NCBI GenBank assembly: GCA_051362555.1
Contig: CM120649.1
Coordinates: 13,826,001 to 13,890,000 of the forward strand
Direction: 5' to 3'
DNA from: Lingula anatina
Taxonomy: Eukaryota > Animalia > Brachiopoda
Length of the DNA stretch: 64,000 nt
The notes beneath the pieces are model-generated. The model did no database searches, was not told where the DNA came from, and saw nothing but the letters and a program-made list of their open reading frames with translations. Numbering within the stretch: position 1 is the stretch's first letter; each line of letters begins with the position of its first letter. A program made the translations under genes and the position numbers. Shown piece after piece: positions 51,601 through 62,858 of this stretch.

Positions 51601-54600
51601 TCCCACCTCATCAATTTTCTTAGTTGATCATATATAAATGGCAGTAAATTGTTAATTTTGTTATATGTTAAAAAATTGTTAAAAATGGAAAAAAAACATT
51701 TCAGGACAGTGCTGTCTTGTCTACATTTTGGCATATTCAAGGTGTGACTTTGAAGTTCCTTGGGCCTGAAGACCTTTGCTAGGAACATTTTCTGAATATC
51801 CATGATACTAATATTTTATTATTAAAAATTGATGGTAATTATCCTGTTAAACATTATGTAATATTGCAACAAAATTTGAAGACACCCCTATTTTGGACAC
51901 TGCTCCCATGATGACCATTTAAGGAAAACCATGTCACTTACTGTTCTCAAACTTACAGGAAGAAACAAGGGACTTAAATAAAGCTTCAGTGGGCAATGCA
52001 GTCTATTTGGTAAATTTTTTTGGCAGTTAATCAGTTTTTTGTGAAAATTTAATTTTTCACATATTGGCATTTTCAAGGTGTGACTTAGAACCTCCACGGG
52101 CTTGAAGACCCATGCTAGTCATATTTTCTGAAAATCCACGATACGTATATTTTATTATGAGGCCACCTGCGTCTGTCGTCGCCGTCGCCAATCATGTTGC
52201 CGTCACCGTCGCTGTGCACTTTCAGCGTTAACACCGTAAGTGGAAGATAGTTTTACTTTTTGGCTTTATATTTACAGAGCTGATGAGTATTCATAAAATG
52301 CAGGTTAAGTTCGAAAATAAGCATGATCGGGCCATTATTTTATAAGTTGTGCAGTTTTTTCACGTTTCCTCAGATTCAATTCTTAGGCATGTTAACAGTC
52401 TCATTATTTAACTAATAAGATTCGTAAAAGTGTTTGTTTGACATTTCCTGCATCTTTACAACATTGTTAGTTGATTATGTAAAAATGATGGTAAACTTCT
52501 TATTTTAGTAGTTATGCTGTTTTTTACACTTTTCAGCATATATGCAACACTGTAAACACAATATAAGAAAAACAGATGGGCCAATTGTCATGAAAGTCAT
52601 AGGAGTGGTCAGTTTTGCTAAAATTCATGTTGATTTCGTAAACCAGCATAATCGTGCCAATATTTTTGAAGGTATTCTGTTTTTTCGCATTTCCTCAGAT
52701 TCATTTCTTAGGCATGTTAACAGTCTCATTATTAAACTAATAAGATACGTAAAAGCGTTTGTTTGACATTTCCTGCATCTTTACAACATTGTTAGTTGAT
52801 TTAGTAAAAATGATGGTAAACTTGTTATCATGTATTGTGTAAAAAAGTGTCAAAAATGGAAATAAACTCATATCATTGCAGTTTGTCAGATTTAATCATT
52901 CACTATGTTCAGAATCTCAGAATGGAGGAAATTGGACATTTAAGACTGTTCTATTGATATTTTTCCCATCTCATCAATTTTCTTAGTTGATCATATAAAA
53001 ATGGCAGTAAACTGTTAATTTTGTTTTATGTTAAAAAATTGTTAAAAATGGGGAAAAAAACATTTCAGAACCGTGCTGTCTTGTCTTTATTTCCACGTAA
53101 GCAGTTGTATTGTTTTTTATGTCTTTAAACATTATGTAATATTATTTTATGCACTGTCATCATTTTTCAAAAATTGAGACTTTCATCATGTGAATTTGAA
53201 CTCTCATGATCCTGAAACTGTAATCTTATTGAAGAGGTGGATTGAGACCATCTTCTGGGTCTTCCGGAAGACGGTCAGGTTATTAAGTTTATATTGACTG
53301 GTATCTATTTTTTTTTTCTGTTGGAAGACCATAAAAATGGGGGATGAATCAACATAGATACTTTGGAATACTATCAGAAAATATCTCTGGGTTCGCTCCT
53401 GTTATTGACCATGGTACCTGTTGTGCATGATTAGAATTCAGTGTTGACTGACAGTGCTATTAATTATAAGCAGTATTTATTATTGCATCAAAATTGACAA
53501 AATGACCTATTTTGCATCTTTATTTTCTGTTTTTTGTCTGTACATTTGACAGCTTTGCTGCCTTGTTCTTAGTTGCTTCCAAAAAAACAATGTTCTTAAC
53601 TGAAAAGTGAAAGGCTAGGGAGAAAACCCACTGTATTTTTGAGTCAGATAACTTAAAAAGCAGTTAAAACATCGGTGCCAAATTTTTATTGGATGTATAA
53701 TAATTTAAAGAAAATATATTCTTTTCAGATGACTGGTAGACAATGTATTTATTTCATGAAGCTTTTGTGAATCTGTAACCACCTTAAGTTAATGATAATG
53801 TGTCTATGTTTACCTTTACCCAGAACATAATTCACACAAAAACAATCTAATGTTTACTCGCTCTCTGCATGCTGTGGTCAATATAAATTTTTTGTTGATA
53901 CGAGTGGAATACCATTCTTGTTGGTTATTGAGTTTTTACACATTGAAATGCTGAATTCAGTTCCATTTAAAAGCGAAATGTGTTATTGATCAGTGCATGA
54001 GTCAGGCAAACAGACGAAGTGATTTAAATGAAAGGAGCCAGTCCCACAGCATCTAGATGTCAGATTACCTCATTTTTACCTCTGCCAAAGAGTTTTTTTT
54101 TTTTTTTTTTTGGTTTCTGTCTGTCTGTCTGTAAGCAACATTACAGAAAAATTTATAAACTGATTTTGATGAAATTTTCTGGAACTGTCAGAAGTGGGCC
54201 AAGGAACAGACAATTAGTTTTTGGTGGTGATCCAGATCATTAATCAATCAATAATCAAAAATAAAAAACTAAATCATTATTAGAATAAACATTTAGGGGT
54301 GAAATGGCATTGGGTGGAGACTTTGCTGCCTTTGGCAGAGGTCTGCGCTCTCGGAGTGCTTTTCTAGTGTTATTTATCAAACACCACCCCTTTCCCATTG
54401 TCAGGCATTAGACTTCAGACTTAAAAGATTATTTCAAAAGACATTGTGTTTTGTGTAAACTTCAAGCATATGAATGCATGAATGAATTTTAATGCAGTTT
54501 TTGAGACTGGTTTAACTGCAGCACCATGTTTTTTATGCTTTAAGCAGATAATTGCTTTTAATATCATTATATTGGTTAATATTTAATTTGTTATTCACAT

Positions 54601-55442
54601 TTAACAATACATTTGTAGTGTCATTTTCACCTGTTGATGTCCAAAATCATACGCTGATAGCGTTTATGCCTTTGCAACAAATCAACAACTGTACAATTGT
54701 AATGAGCTCATCCAATCAACTTAAAATAGAGTAGACTGGAGAACAATCACTCTTCATGCCTGCACCAGGCCTGACACATGATGATGATGATGATCAACGA
54801 TGGTGTCCAAAAAGCAGCCAGTACTTCTTTAGTATGTCATTTGTTCACATTCAAAATATCATTTCTATGCTTTTAGGTATTTCTCTATGTTCTGCTATTT
54901 GTAACTACATGGTGGCATTTGGTTGGCACTTATGTCAAATTTTGGGCATTTGTAGCTAAAAGTTGGCTTCAGATGCATCTTTCATACAGTGACTTACGTA
55001 GTTAACATAATAATAAGGGTTCATATAATTAACGAAAATTGTCAGTAATCTTTGTTATTTTCCAGATGTGCCCTCTATCCTCAGTGTAATGGAGTATCTG
55101 GTGATGAAGACACTGGCTGTAGAACAACCCAAGCTGATCATGGTAAGGAACACGCCCAAATATTGTACCTTCATGGGCAGCTGTCACAGTCAGTGATGTT
55201 TTGTTAAAATTGGTTCCAATTTTGAAAATCAGGTAATTTGTACAAGAAGTGTTACACCTGGCTAAATTGTTCCCTGATGTTCCCTTAACTTCCCTTTAAA
55301 TTATTCCCCTATGTTTCAAATTGTTAATGATACAAAAGGAGTTTTTTAAGTTTAATAGCAAAATCAACTGTAAAAAAATTAATTTCATTGTGCAGTTGGA
55401 TAACAAAGTATAAATTTCAACTAGTCAAAGACTAGTATAGTA

Positions 55443-55487
<45 letters not shown>

Positions 55488-57180
55488 AGGGTGTGTACTT
55501 GTATGGCACTCCTACCTCTCCCTCAAGACTTTTTCAAAATATTTGGGGTGGGGACTTAATAAGGTGCCATCCTTTTCCTTCTCTTACTTAAAGTTGCCTT
55601 TCGTCAGCATAAAGATGAGCACCACATGTATAAATACCCTGCTTTCATGTATTTGTAGTTCTTCAACAGCTGTACCCCCCTCCTAACAAGCATTTTTTTC
55701 ATCATTCTACATCCCTGACATTACATAATTATCTTTTTCCTACATATGCATTGCACATTGGACCAAGAAGTGATTAAAAGAACAGTGTTGAAGTTTTAAA
55801 AAAATTATTATTATTATCATGTGTATCGCACATTTTGTTGATCTTAAAATCATTTTCTTGCAGTGTATGACAGCACTGTGTAAGTGGACTCAGCCATCCC
55901 ATGATGCAATGCAGCTGGGAAGAGATATCATAGGTCACGTCAGAAGAACAGCAGCCGAGGACAGAGAAAACAAACAGGGTGAATATTTTAGAAATTACTT
56001 ACTAAGGATTAAAATTTAACCTGTATTGTAGTGAAGGGTAAAAAGAAGGGAAGCACATTAATTTTCTAAGTTGTTCAAATACATGAAAGAAAAATAAGAA
56101 AATAATAAAAGCAACATACTGAAATTTATTAAAACTGGGAGTTAGAAGTGATTTCTTATATCTGCCATCCTAAACAACTAAAAGACTGTCACTCATATTG
56201 ACACAAAGGCCAGCAAGCAAGCCAAGTTTCTCCTCATGTCGGTCTTCATATTTCAGCCATCTTGTTTGAGCAGCAGAAGGCACTGGAGTTGTTATGTGTC
56301 CACGAGGGCTGGCAGTGGACCAATAACACACTGATCAGAGAGCTCCTGTGGCCAGAACTGCAGGAATGGGGAGTCCAGCAGCCTCCTACACCCAGCAGTA
56401 ATATGGTGGTGGAGTTTGCTCTCAGGATGATGGGTGAGATCTGCTTCTCTCTCACTCTCTTAATTGATCTCTCTGTCTGAATCTCTGTGTTTTTTTTTTG
56501 TTTTTTTTTGTCTTATGACACCAACCTGTACATCAACCAGTTTCATTTGTTTATTGTTAACATTTGATTTTATTTCTTTCCTGCCTGTGTGTAAAATATG
56601 TTAACTTTGTTTACTAGTTTAAGTTTCACCTAATTTGCATTTTATCCATCTTTTCCACGCATTTCTATTTTTTTCTACCTTATCTGTTAATTAAGTCCGA
56701 GTTCCCCCGCTATGTCCATTGTGCTTTATTCACCTGCTTATCATAAAGATATTTTTATATTCAATCAGAAAAGTAATAGTATTATGTTTCCAAGTAAGAC
56801 TAAATTTGTAGGAGTGACGGTGTTGATAGCTGTACAGTGATAGTGTGAAGTATGAAATGCACTGAAGGAAAAAAATGTAATAAGTTGATTTTATGGTATG
56901 AGTATCATAACAACTGTTACATATCATGTTATATTGGCTTATGTATACTTTTTCTCCCTGTCAGGCCTTGTAAGCTGTCACTGTCCACCAGAACATGCCT
57001 CCTCTGCACATGAGATCATGAAGACACTGTATACCTTCTTAAAGAGTGCTCAGCAGTCGGGTGGAGTGGGTACGTTTTATGTCATGTACACAGGAGCTAG
57101 CAGAAATGGGCAAACACAACTTGCTCTCTGGCTCCTTTTGTGTGTGTCTGTCACAAATAAAAGTGCAAATGTTCACACAT

Positions 57181-57215
<35 letters not shown>

Positions 57216-57233
57216 TTTGGCACTCTTTTTGTC

Positions 57234-57272
<39 letters not shown>

Positions 57273-57615
57273 GGGCAGTGTAACAGGTGTTGCTATACAT
57301 ATAGTTGTCTCCTCTTTAATAATACCCATTCATGTCAAATTAAACTTAAATTAGATGCCTGTGCATGTCACTGATTTCCCCTCTGTTCTTTCCCTTCCAG
57401 TCAGCTGGTCCATACAGACAGCAGTATTCGAGTCGCTGCTGTACCTGGCCCCATTCTCTCCTGAGCTTGTCTCCACTGCCTGTAACTCCTGGGGGAAGGA
57501 AAACAAGGATCGGATGACAGAGGGAATGCTGGGAAAAGTGAGAGGTTTTTACCAGTGCTACATGAACAAGTGTCCAGTTTTAACACTACCGGATTTTGTG
57601 AAAGCAAGCTTATAG
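23392..57615 (+). CDS. ICE1: Little elongation complex subunit 1 (ICE1/KIAA0947-like), ~2020 aa, 23 coding exons: 23392-23466, 23709-23779, 24161-24195, 24702-24762, 25249-25312, 26027-26107, 26515-26627, 26891-26928, 31159-31241, 40068-40107, 40458-40535, 40728-41020, 41569-43587, 43809-45606, 45943-46079, 46425-46568, 47144-47232, 47518-47672, 55066-55142, 55864-55978, 56257-56433, 56965-57069 (or 57060), 57401-57615
   Basis: Phase-consistent chain of exons. N-terminus WCEGCQALRR...TLKQKIISTDLL resembles vertebrate CQGCASLQQ...TLKQKIINTDNLL (recalled from memory). A long Ser/Pro-rich disordered middle is followed by the C-terminal domain RVYTALCRIQGNMESARVW, ALELLCVHEGWQWTNNTLIRELLWP, WSIQTAVFESLLYLAPFSP. 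Confidence 0.9.
24196..24701 (+). other. U12-type (minor spliceosome) AT-AC intron of ICE1
   Basis: 5' site ATATCCTTT, branch site ACCTTGAC at 24683-24690 and terminal AC at 24700-24701. Splicing here restores the ICE1 frame. Confidence 0.88.
25300..25880 (+). repeat. Degenerate minisatellite (~45-bp units) starting at the donor site of ICE1 exon 5
   Basis: Repeated 'aaagaagtaagtgggttttggtatggtattgtgataa' variants. Confidence 0.75.
27169..27424. mobile_element. PIF/Harbinger-like palindromic MITE
   Basis: GACCCCATTCCCATACC ... GGTATGGGAACCAGGTC flanked by TTA on both sides; same family as 2344-2544. Confidence 0.8.
27813..28376 (-). CDS. 187-aa single-pass membrane protein with one Ig domain, nested antisense in an ICE1 intron
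   Basis: Signal peptide; Ig motifs IKC, LRWY, RLII and DSGDYVC; TM helix; basic short tail. A splice acceptor just upstream implies a 5' UTR exon. Confidence 0.85.
   Translation of the reverse strand: MNSMETTALIRLLLGLVLIAMTAIPSCSAQCHYDWPEYFKNLTTCPRKNPIENGTADYHIKCNFHGPENVTLRWYRRMPFDPDGYNDTLISPGDNTSHIQTFQDGRLIIRNAELADSGDYVCKTADLVNEALAVVKVFVMPDYILESIIIGTTLAVCMAIWLTCTLTHHVKQQKQFKKLKALTENVR
33352..34938 (-). CDS. UDP-glycosyltransferase (UGT, GT1 family), 528 aa, nested antisense in an ICE1 intron
   Basis: Signal peptide, catalytic His (QTHL), signature WLPLNDVLAHPNVKLFVTNCGAN...GVPML...EQ..NA, C-terminal TM and KKSKSD ER-retrieval motif. Confidence 0.95.
   Translation of the reverse strand: MEYKNIFFIILGCLCASLPTIHGAKTGRILMLPLQTQTHLAIFKSVAQELAQRGHKVTVVFSSAKEVPDGFNKTGMSIMKYTSSAPHLKWESEEFQNHLTFACIYNPNEMWKTMDKLTALYVDEGEAMLNDQTFSDNILKQKFDLAIVSGDMAARFLYILPYRLNIPYVSLASVVDPYVAGLPVLPSFVPNVWTSHTEEMNFQQRLSNTLDDILLSFTHPPALKDTLVHKHAVMKPFVTLRKLAIDSQAWLINTDYLVDYHLPSMPNTIYVGGLTTRQPRTISPPALKKYLDDSTEGVIIVSFGAVASYLPPLVSEKLVNALKDMRPLKVLWGFGGKPSEVPLPKNIKIEKWLPLNDVLAHPNVKLFVTNCGANAQFESVYHGVPMLNLPITNEQHYNAARSQYKGLSITIDLHHFKTEDLTAAMKRVIKEPKFKDNVKMAGTIFKARHDRPTERAAELTELVIQFGGKHLRSNLMEMSAYEYYMVDVVLVLIFVSIICAFLLKWLTGVFYIFLCSFLASHDKKSKSD
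48432..48566 (+). mobile_element. Truncated copy of the CAGGCCCGTAGCC MITE ending in a (CTAT)n/(TA)n microsatellite
   Basis: Near identical to parts of 5696-5900. Confidence 0.75.
48816..50498 (-). CDS. TRIM (RING, B-box, coiled coil) protein with an NHL-like C-terminus, 560 aa, nested antisense in an ICE1 intron
   Basis: RING CSVC...LPCRHHFCLPC...CPICR; B-box CKRH...LYC...ICSTC...HKGH; coiled coil; NHL-like repeats (FHKPKDMAVLPHGDILV, LGRPCSLAVD). Confidence 0.92.
   Translation of the reverse strand: MTSHQTLKEKFIKEFLKCSVCLEENISTRRLPCRHHFCLPCLPKIADGKTWLKCPICRTIINVPEGGFNAFAEDVPFKRMTDFVNSIKVADERAICCKRHPKKLLELYCKTENEVICSTCLVKQHKGHDYVNIEEAAQERRECFQEMADSQDKTLHDIQNEISELQEKKAEIETETKRQEALIIELAEKFKTAIERRRDWLCDRIQKIHYTELHEIDHKQKMLQEQEDKAKQVKKMYDSLLEQPTDVEMMLNAHTVQHLEPSDRVTPIISRCVARITLPEVDVDTQVKRMLGELKIEKKLAEKLTAVGTIKPLHARHDEIKRIIASSTKVYVLKEGKVEVFSEQGEPNKVITGFHKPKDMAVLPHGDILVIDECCVKRWCFLEEEISTVIKRDNLGRPCSLAVDMQGCIYIYPEEGDKVMIFEIKTVPQLLRCIPKIGSTSNEKKVSLYINPPDYNIFCFNSTNVVVFAPDGVQLIYEINVERLLGTGKSIRDVAIDIYGHILILVGQSSAETELAVLDNNMELKQIFKLPFEGGHIAVNRNGLVHGRKDGQVVIYKYVD
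50745..53574 (+). mobile_element. Helentron-associated (HINE/DINE-1-like) non-autonomous element with an internal satellite-like array
   Basis: 5' T-run followed by the subterminal repeat TGTACAGAC and its local inverted copy, then a GTC/GCC microsatellite. ~160-bp internal repeats (caggtcaagttcgaaaat at 50944 and 51103, variant at 51263). The 3' end has GTCTGTACA, a short hairpin and CTTAGTT. Confidence 0.72.
54074..54367 (+). mobile_element. Short Helitron/Helentron-type non-autonomous element
   Basis: Subterminal inverted repeats ACCTCTGCCAAAG / CTTTGGCAGAGGT, (GTCT)n, 3' hairpin GCGCTCTCGGAGTGC and CTAG terminus. Confidence 0.75.
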
Positions 57616-57799
57616 TGCTATGTCAGTAGACTTCTCTTGTACCCGAAAAAAGTGGAACGATCTCAATTTATTTGATTTCCATATTCAATTATTAATTTTT
57701 TATATTTGTAGTTTTGTTAAAGAAAATAACTGTAATTGAAGAACCATTTTTATAAGAAAGATAGTATTATTGGGATAATATGAATGATTGAGCTATAAT

Positions 57800-57990
57800 T
57801 GAGCTATAGTGAGCTTAATTGTCTGGCACGCCCCCCTCGAGTAACTATTGACTTTTGTTAATTACCCCCTAGCAGCTTGAGTAAGCGTTCCAGACATTTA
57901 AGCTGGTTACACTAAAAGCGCTTTGGCGAGAAGCCCTGCTGAGTTGGATTGATCCAGCTTTTATGATGGGTTTATGGGAATGCTCCTATA
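57800..57990. mobile_element. Partial copy of the Harbinger-like MITE family
   Basis: Shares 'ttaattaccccct...ccagacatttaagc' and 'tgggaatgc' with 2344-2544. Confidence 0.6.
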
Positions 57991-58434
57991 GTGCGAGAAT
58001 TTAGGGTTGATGTTGTCTCTTAAACTCTCAGTTTCAGAGATTAGCAGATACTCACCTCTAGGCAGGGAATCTATTCAGTGTGTACTAGGGAATTAAGCAA
58101 CGTTTTTTATTGGCCATATTTGAACTGCAGAATTGTGTCCTGTTCCGAATGGGCTCTAGATGTCAATTTCTCTCTAGCTGTATGTATCCTGTCAGTGTAA
58201 TTAGCAGTACATTAATCTGCTGCAAACTGCTTTCATGTAATATTTATGATTTTTCTTCTCCCAATGGACTATATTAGTAATACCATTAACCCATTTACTG
58301 CACAAACATCTCCAGTTGTACAGAGTGAAATGAATACTCAGTGGACAATATTGAATAATTCTCTGTGAGATCTCTACATATCACGGGCACATGTCTACAC
58401 TTGTATGACTCTCCTCTCCCACAAGGTCAGCTCG

Positions 58435-58690
58435 GGCTTCATTCACATGCAATGTCTATTTTCTAAATTATTTTCTATTCGCGGTTTGCCTTATGATCAC
58501 GGTCTGTGCCCTGAATATCCCGCGGTGTAATTACTGGCAGCGCGAGCCAGTTACTATAAGTTACTTTAAGTAACTGGCTCGCGCTGCCAGTAATTACGCC
58601 GCAGGATATTCAGGGCACAGACCATGATCATAAGATACCGCGAATAGAAAATAGATTTTTAGAAAATAGACTTTCCATGTGAACGAAGCC
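58435..58690. mobile_element. ~256-bp foldback palindrome (MITE)
   Basis: GGCTTCATTCACATG ... CATGTGAACGAAGCC termini; the inner arms taattactggcagcgcgagccagttact and agtaactggctcgcgctgccagtaatta pair perfectly. Confidence 0.85.
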
Positions 58691-59407
58691 TAAGTAATTG
58701 CTACAGTTATAAAACTGTACTTTTAATATGTAAATATAATTGTATCATATAATGATAGTATTTAACAACTAGCTGTACATACCATTAAGTGGCAATTGCC
58801 ATAAGCTTTTTTTGGTTGTAATTTTATGCCAAGAACTGACAGTTATAGTTATTATATAAAACCGTCTGCATGGGCAGCTTTGTGTAAAAATCAATTTCAA
58901 TATATATTTTTTGAATCAGTGTGGCATTCATTGTGAATATTTAAGATGACCCTTTTCCAGTCACATTGTATATGTTCTTTTCTATAAATTATGTGCAATT
59001 GTTTGTATGTATTTTTTTTTCTTTAATAAAACATTGTCATAATTGTGTATGGTGTTTGTCACAGTCGTGGAGAATTTGCATTGCTTCAGTTGTGTCTCAT
59101 TTGAAAGACATGAGGGTTCAAGTTAATTTTTTTCTTGAATTGTACCATGTTCAAATTTAACACACACACACGTGTCAACACTTGACATCGAAGTTTTTTC
59201 AAGAAGTGCAGTTTTATCTTTAAATACATAGTCAATAGATGTAAAAAAATTTAGTTATAATGATATCTTCAAAACTGTTATGTGTTACCTCATATCGCTA
59301 GACATGTGTAGATATATTTTGGTAAATAAGTACGCATTGTCCATGCCAGGAGATAATTTTTTGTGAGTAGTAAAGTATTTAACCGAAAATTTCAACTGGT
59401 GAGTTAA

Positions 59408-60056
59408 GAGCGCGTCCATGAGAAAGCCAGACAGATCGGTCAGAAGGCGGCAAGGTGGGGGTCAGCAGATTTTAATAATTTTTGGTGTGGTAAACCATCA
59501 ACATGAAAGATATTGTGAGCCACTGGCTTTCTTATTTTGGATCATTAGTTTTAGAGATACGGGGGCAGTTCTTTTATTGGCAATTTTGCCAAAATATAGC
59601 ATTTTTTAGCTCTTGAAAAGTTATAATTTTAAATATTCTTTTAAAAAATCATGTACATCATAAGGAATTATTTAGGTAAGCCACATGATAGGTTAAGGAA
59701 AGACCTTTAATACCCAGTACAGAATTTTCGAAAAGAAACTGTCATGACCACACAAGGATTATCTAGGGTACTAGGATTATCACCGGAGCAACTGTGGAGC
59801 AAATCACATCGTCTTTACAGTGTGAAAACATAATGCTTTCTTAATTTTATGAAGAACAAGCACTAGAGATGCTTAGGTACATCTCAGAAGGATTGGTGTG
59901 CACCAGAATATCACAAGAAATGACCATAGCAGCTGGTCGTCCTAAGAATGTAATGTTTATTTTTTTGTTGAACCACTTCAGACTGTTGTCAGGCTTGGGT
60001 TCCTCAATATATCCACCTCATCGATTTTCCTCTGGATGTTTGTTGTAAGGTAAGTG

Positions 60057-60117
<61 letters not shown>

Positions 60118-62858
60118 AGACAAAGTCGGTTCTGTCACTATTTCAGGTACTGTCTTCTATATGTAGTAATACCCTGGTCCCTGTTGTTGTTGGCCAGTGG
60201 TGGCATACATATACTAGAATCAGATACACTAAAAACTCAAACCAGTTTGAATAATAAGTTTGAATATTTTAAAGTTATATAAAGAATTAAAAGATGTACT
60301 TGTATATTTCAATTCATAGAATTTTACTTGATTTCTATTTCATGGTAAATATGTCTGCTGAAAAGAATCAACTGTGTATCTAACTTACGAAGTATGTTTG
60401 TGCATTAAATTCTAGGGCTTTGTTACATGTGTTATCATAACACAAACAGTTAAGGACAACTGAGCTTGTAGACAGCTTCATTAGAAATTTCTTACCCAGA
60501 ATCAAAGGTATGTAACACATTCAGTTTCAAGTTTTGACATTTTAGGGGATGTTACTTGTGCCAGTTTTTTATGTTTTAGTTTCAGATTTATGTGTGTTTA
60601 CAATGAAGTCGAAGTTAACCACCTAGCTTTATGTGACTTTGTAACACACTGTGCTTCAATTTTCAAGAGTACACTTGTACAACTAAAAGTACTTTAGTAA
60701 AATCAGGAAAACTTTGCAGTCCATTATGTTGTTCATGTTGCTTTGCAAGGGGGTGTGCCAGACAATTTAGCTGATTACAACGACTGATCCTGAGTGTGAT
60801 ACTCCGCTGAGATGGATTGATCCTGCTACGGTAGTTTCTATTCTGAACACAGTAAGCCTTTGTTGTTGTAAAACATTTATTGATGTTATGTTTATTTTTC
60901 AGATTTTACATCCTAGGCCTGGATGTGAACCTTGACCTGGACAATCTTACAGACAATAATAGAAGAGTCACCTGAAATTGCACAGGCAAATTCATCAGAT
61001 TCAGATGTGAGCACCAACTCTGTCTTTCTATCATGAAATTTTTGGTAGCTACATCATGCATATTTGATTTCATTTTCAATAATTGTTTTTACTTGTGCAA
61101 TATGTTTGATCAGTATATTATTTAGTCATTGTTTTTATACAGCAATTAACATAAGTTTTAAATATGTTTAATACATTTTCTTTTGACAGCCTGTCCTGCC
61201 ATCTTCAGGTAGACGCAGTAGTGGATATCCTGGCAAACCTTAATTGGACTTAGAGCCACCTTGGGACAATCCCCCACAACAAATGTGCATCTTAGGCTTG
61301 GCAATCTCAGTCAGTTTTGTAGGAAAGGAGGATTGGCACCATTGAATTGACAAATATTGACAATTGACAGTTTAGTCACACTAAACTATAGTGGCATGTT
61401 GCTTCAAGTTACCACACTTATTCTAAGATTGCTGAATTATCATTACTGTAGGAGACCCTGGGTCTCTCAACCAGAAGAAGAAACTTGGGGATCAATCAGT
61501 TATAAGATTAAAATCTGTGGAACACTAACCATCACTGTTGTGTTCAGTATATGGAAAAGATGACAGTGATATTGGAACCTTGGAGATTCATAACTTGATT
61601 TCACTCCTGTGAAAAGTAACTGCTTTGTTCTTTTACTGTCCAATTGATAATATGAAAATAAAGTACTCCTCCTGTCATTGTATGTTGCTGACTCTGTTTT
61701 AATTTTCTTTATAGAAAAAGAATATAGATATCAAGATATCACATGTATTTACAAAGCCTATGAATCATTTGAAAGGAAAAAGAATGGTTAAAAAATGCAA
61801 TATAAATCATTTCAAGTGGATTAATTAGTGTTGCACTTGAGAAAACTGATAAAAAGAGACAGTCATTCCCTTTTACCTTTAGAAAAATCCTTTGTAATTT
61901 TTTTCTCTATTGCTCCCTGAAAATAAGGTATATACACAATGCTGATGACATTGGATGTGCACAGTAATAACTCATTAAATGGGGGAGGGGGGGTTGAATA
62001 ACTTGTCACTAAAAATTTTAATTTATTCAGAAGTTGTATGGCTCTGTTTGAAAAGAATATTATTTGAGCAATCCTGTATTACAGATCTCAAAAAAAAAAA
62101 ACCCTGCAAAAATGGGCCTCTTGATTATTTTGAAGAATTAGGGTAACTGTATTTTGGACAGAATTGATGGCAGCCATCTTGTATTTATAAAAATTTGATA
62201 GATTTGCCCTTATCAAAGCATAGTTTGAATTCCTGGCTATTAGTCTTTGATAAAATTTGATTATTGGAAGGTATTATCTCAAAATGTACTGATATCTTGA
62301 TTTCGGCCATTTGGTTTTCTGCTAAAATTGCTAAAGTTTGAGGCACTTTTTCAATATCTTCTGTTGTGTTTAACACACTTTTTAAAATTTGTATGATGAA
62401 AACAATATATGCTTAGGATCCCTATACAATTTTATGGCTGTCAACCCTGCAAAAAGAGAGTTATGAACGCTTGAACATTGCTTGGTAGAAATATGAGTTT
62501 GGGGGGTGGGGTTATAAAAATGGGCGTGGCTCGTAAGTTTGTGGGTTAAACTGAAATTTAGTAACATATTCTCAATGGCAAATGACTGGTTTAAATAAGT
62601 AAAATTTCAATTAATTTTAAAAAGTCATCAGTTTTGACATATTTGCTTATGAAGTGGCTTTATTGACCGAAGCTGAAAATCGAGCCAAAAATGGCCAAAA
62701 CATATAATATCATATTATAATTATATCCAATGCTTTCTTTTGGGATTGTTGCCTTCAATCTTAATATCTCCTATATATGCAACAATATTATGAATTTGGT
62801 TGAAATCTGTTGACCCCCACCTTGCCACCCTCTGACTGGTCCTATCATGGATACACAC
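59408..62858. mobile_element. ~3.45-kb degenerate TIR element flanked by TTAA (Kolobok-like, non-autonomous)
   Basis: Left end TTAA|GAGCGCGTCCATGAG...GGCAAGGTGGGGGTCAGCAGATTT. Right end AAATCTGTTGACCCCCACCTTGCC...CATGGATACACAC|TTAA. Confidence 0.62.
60059..60113. repeat. (TA)n microsatellite
   Basis: Directly visible. Confidence 0.95.
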
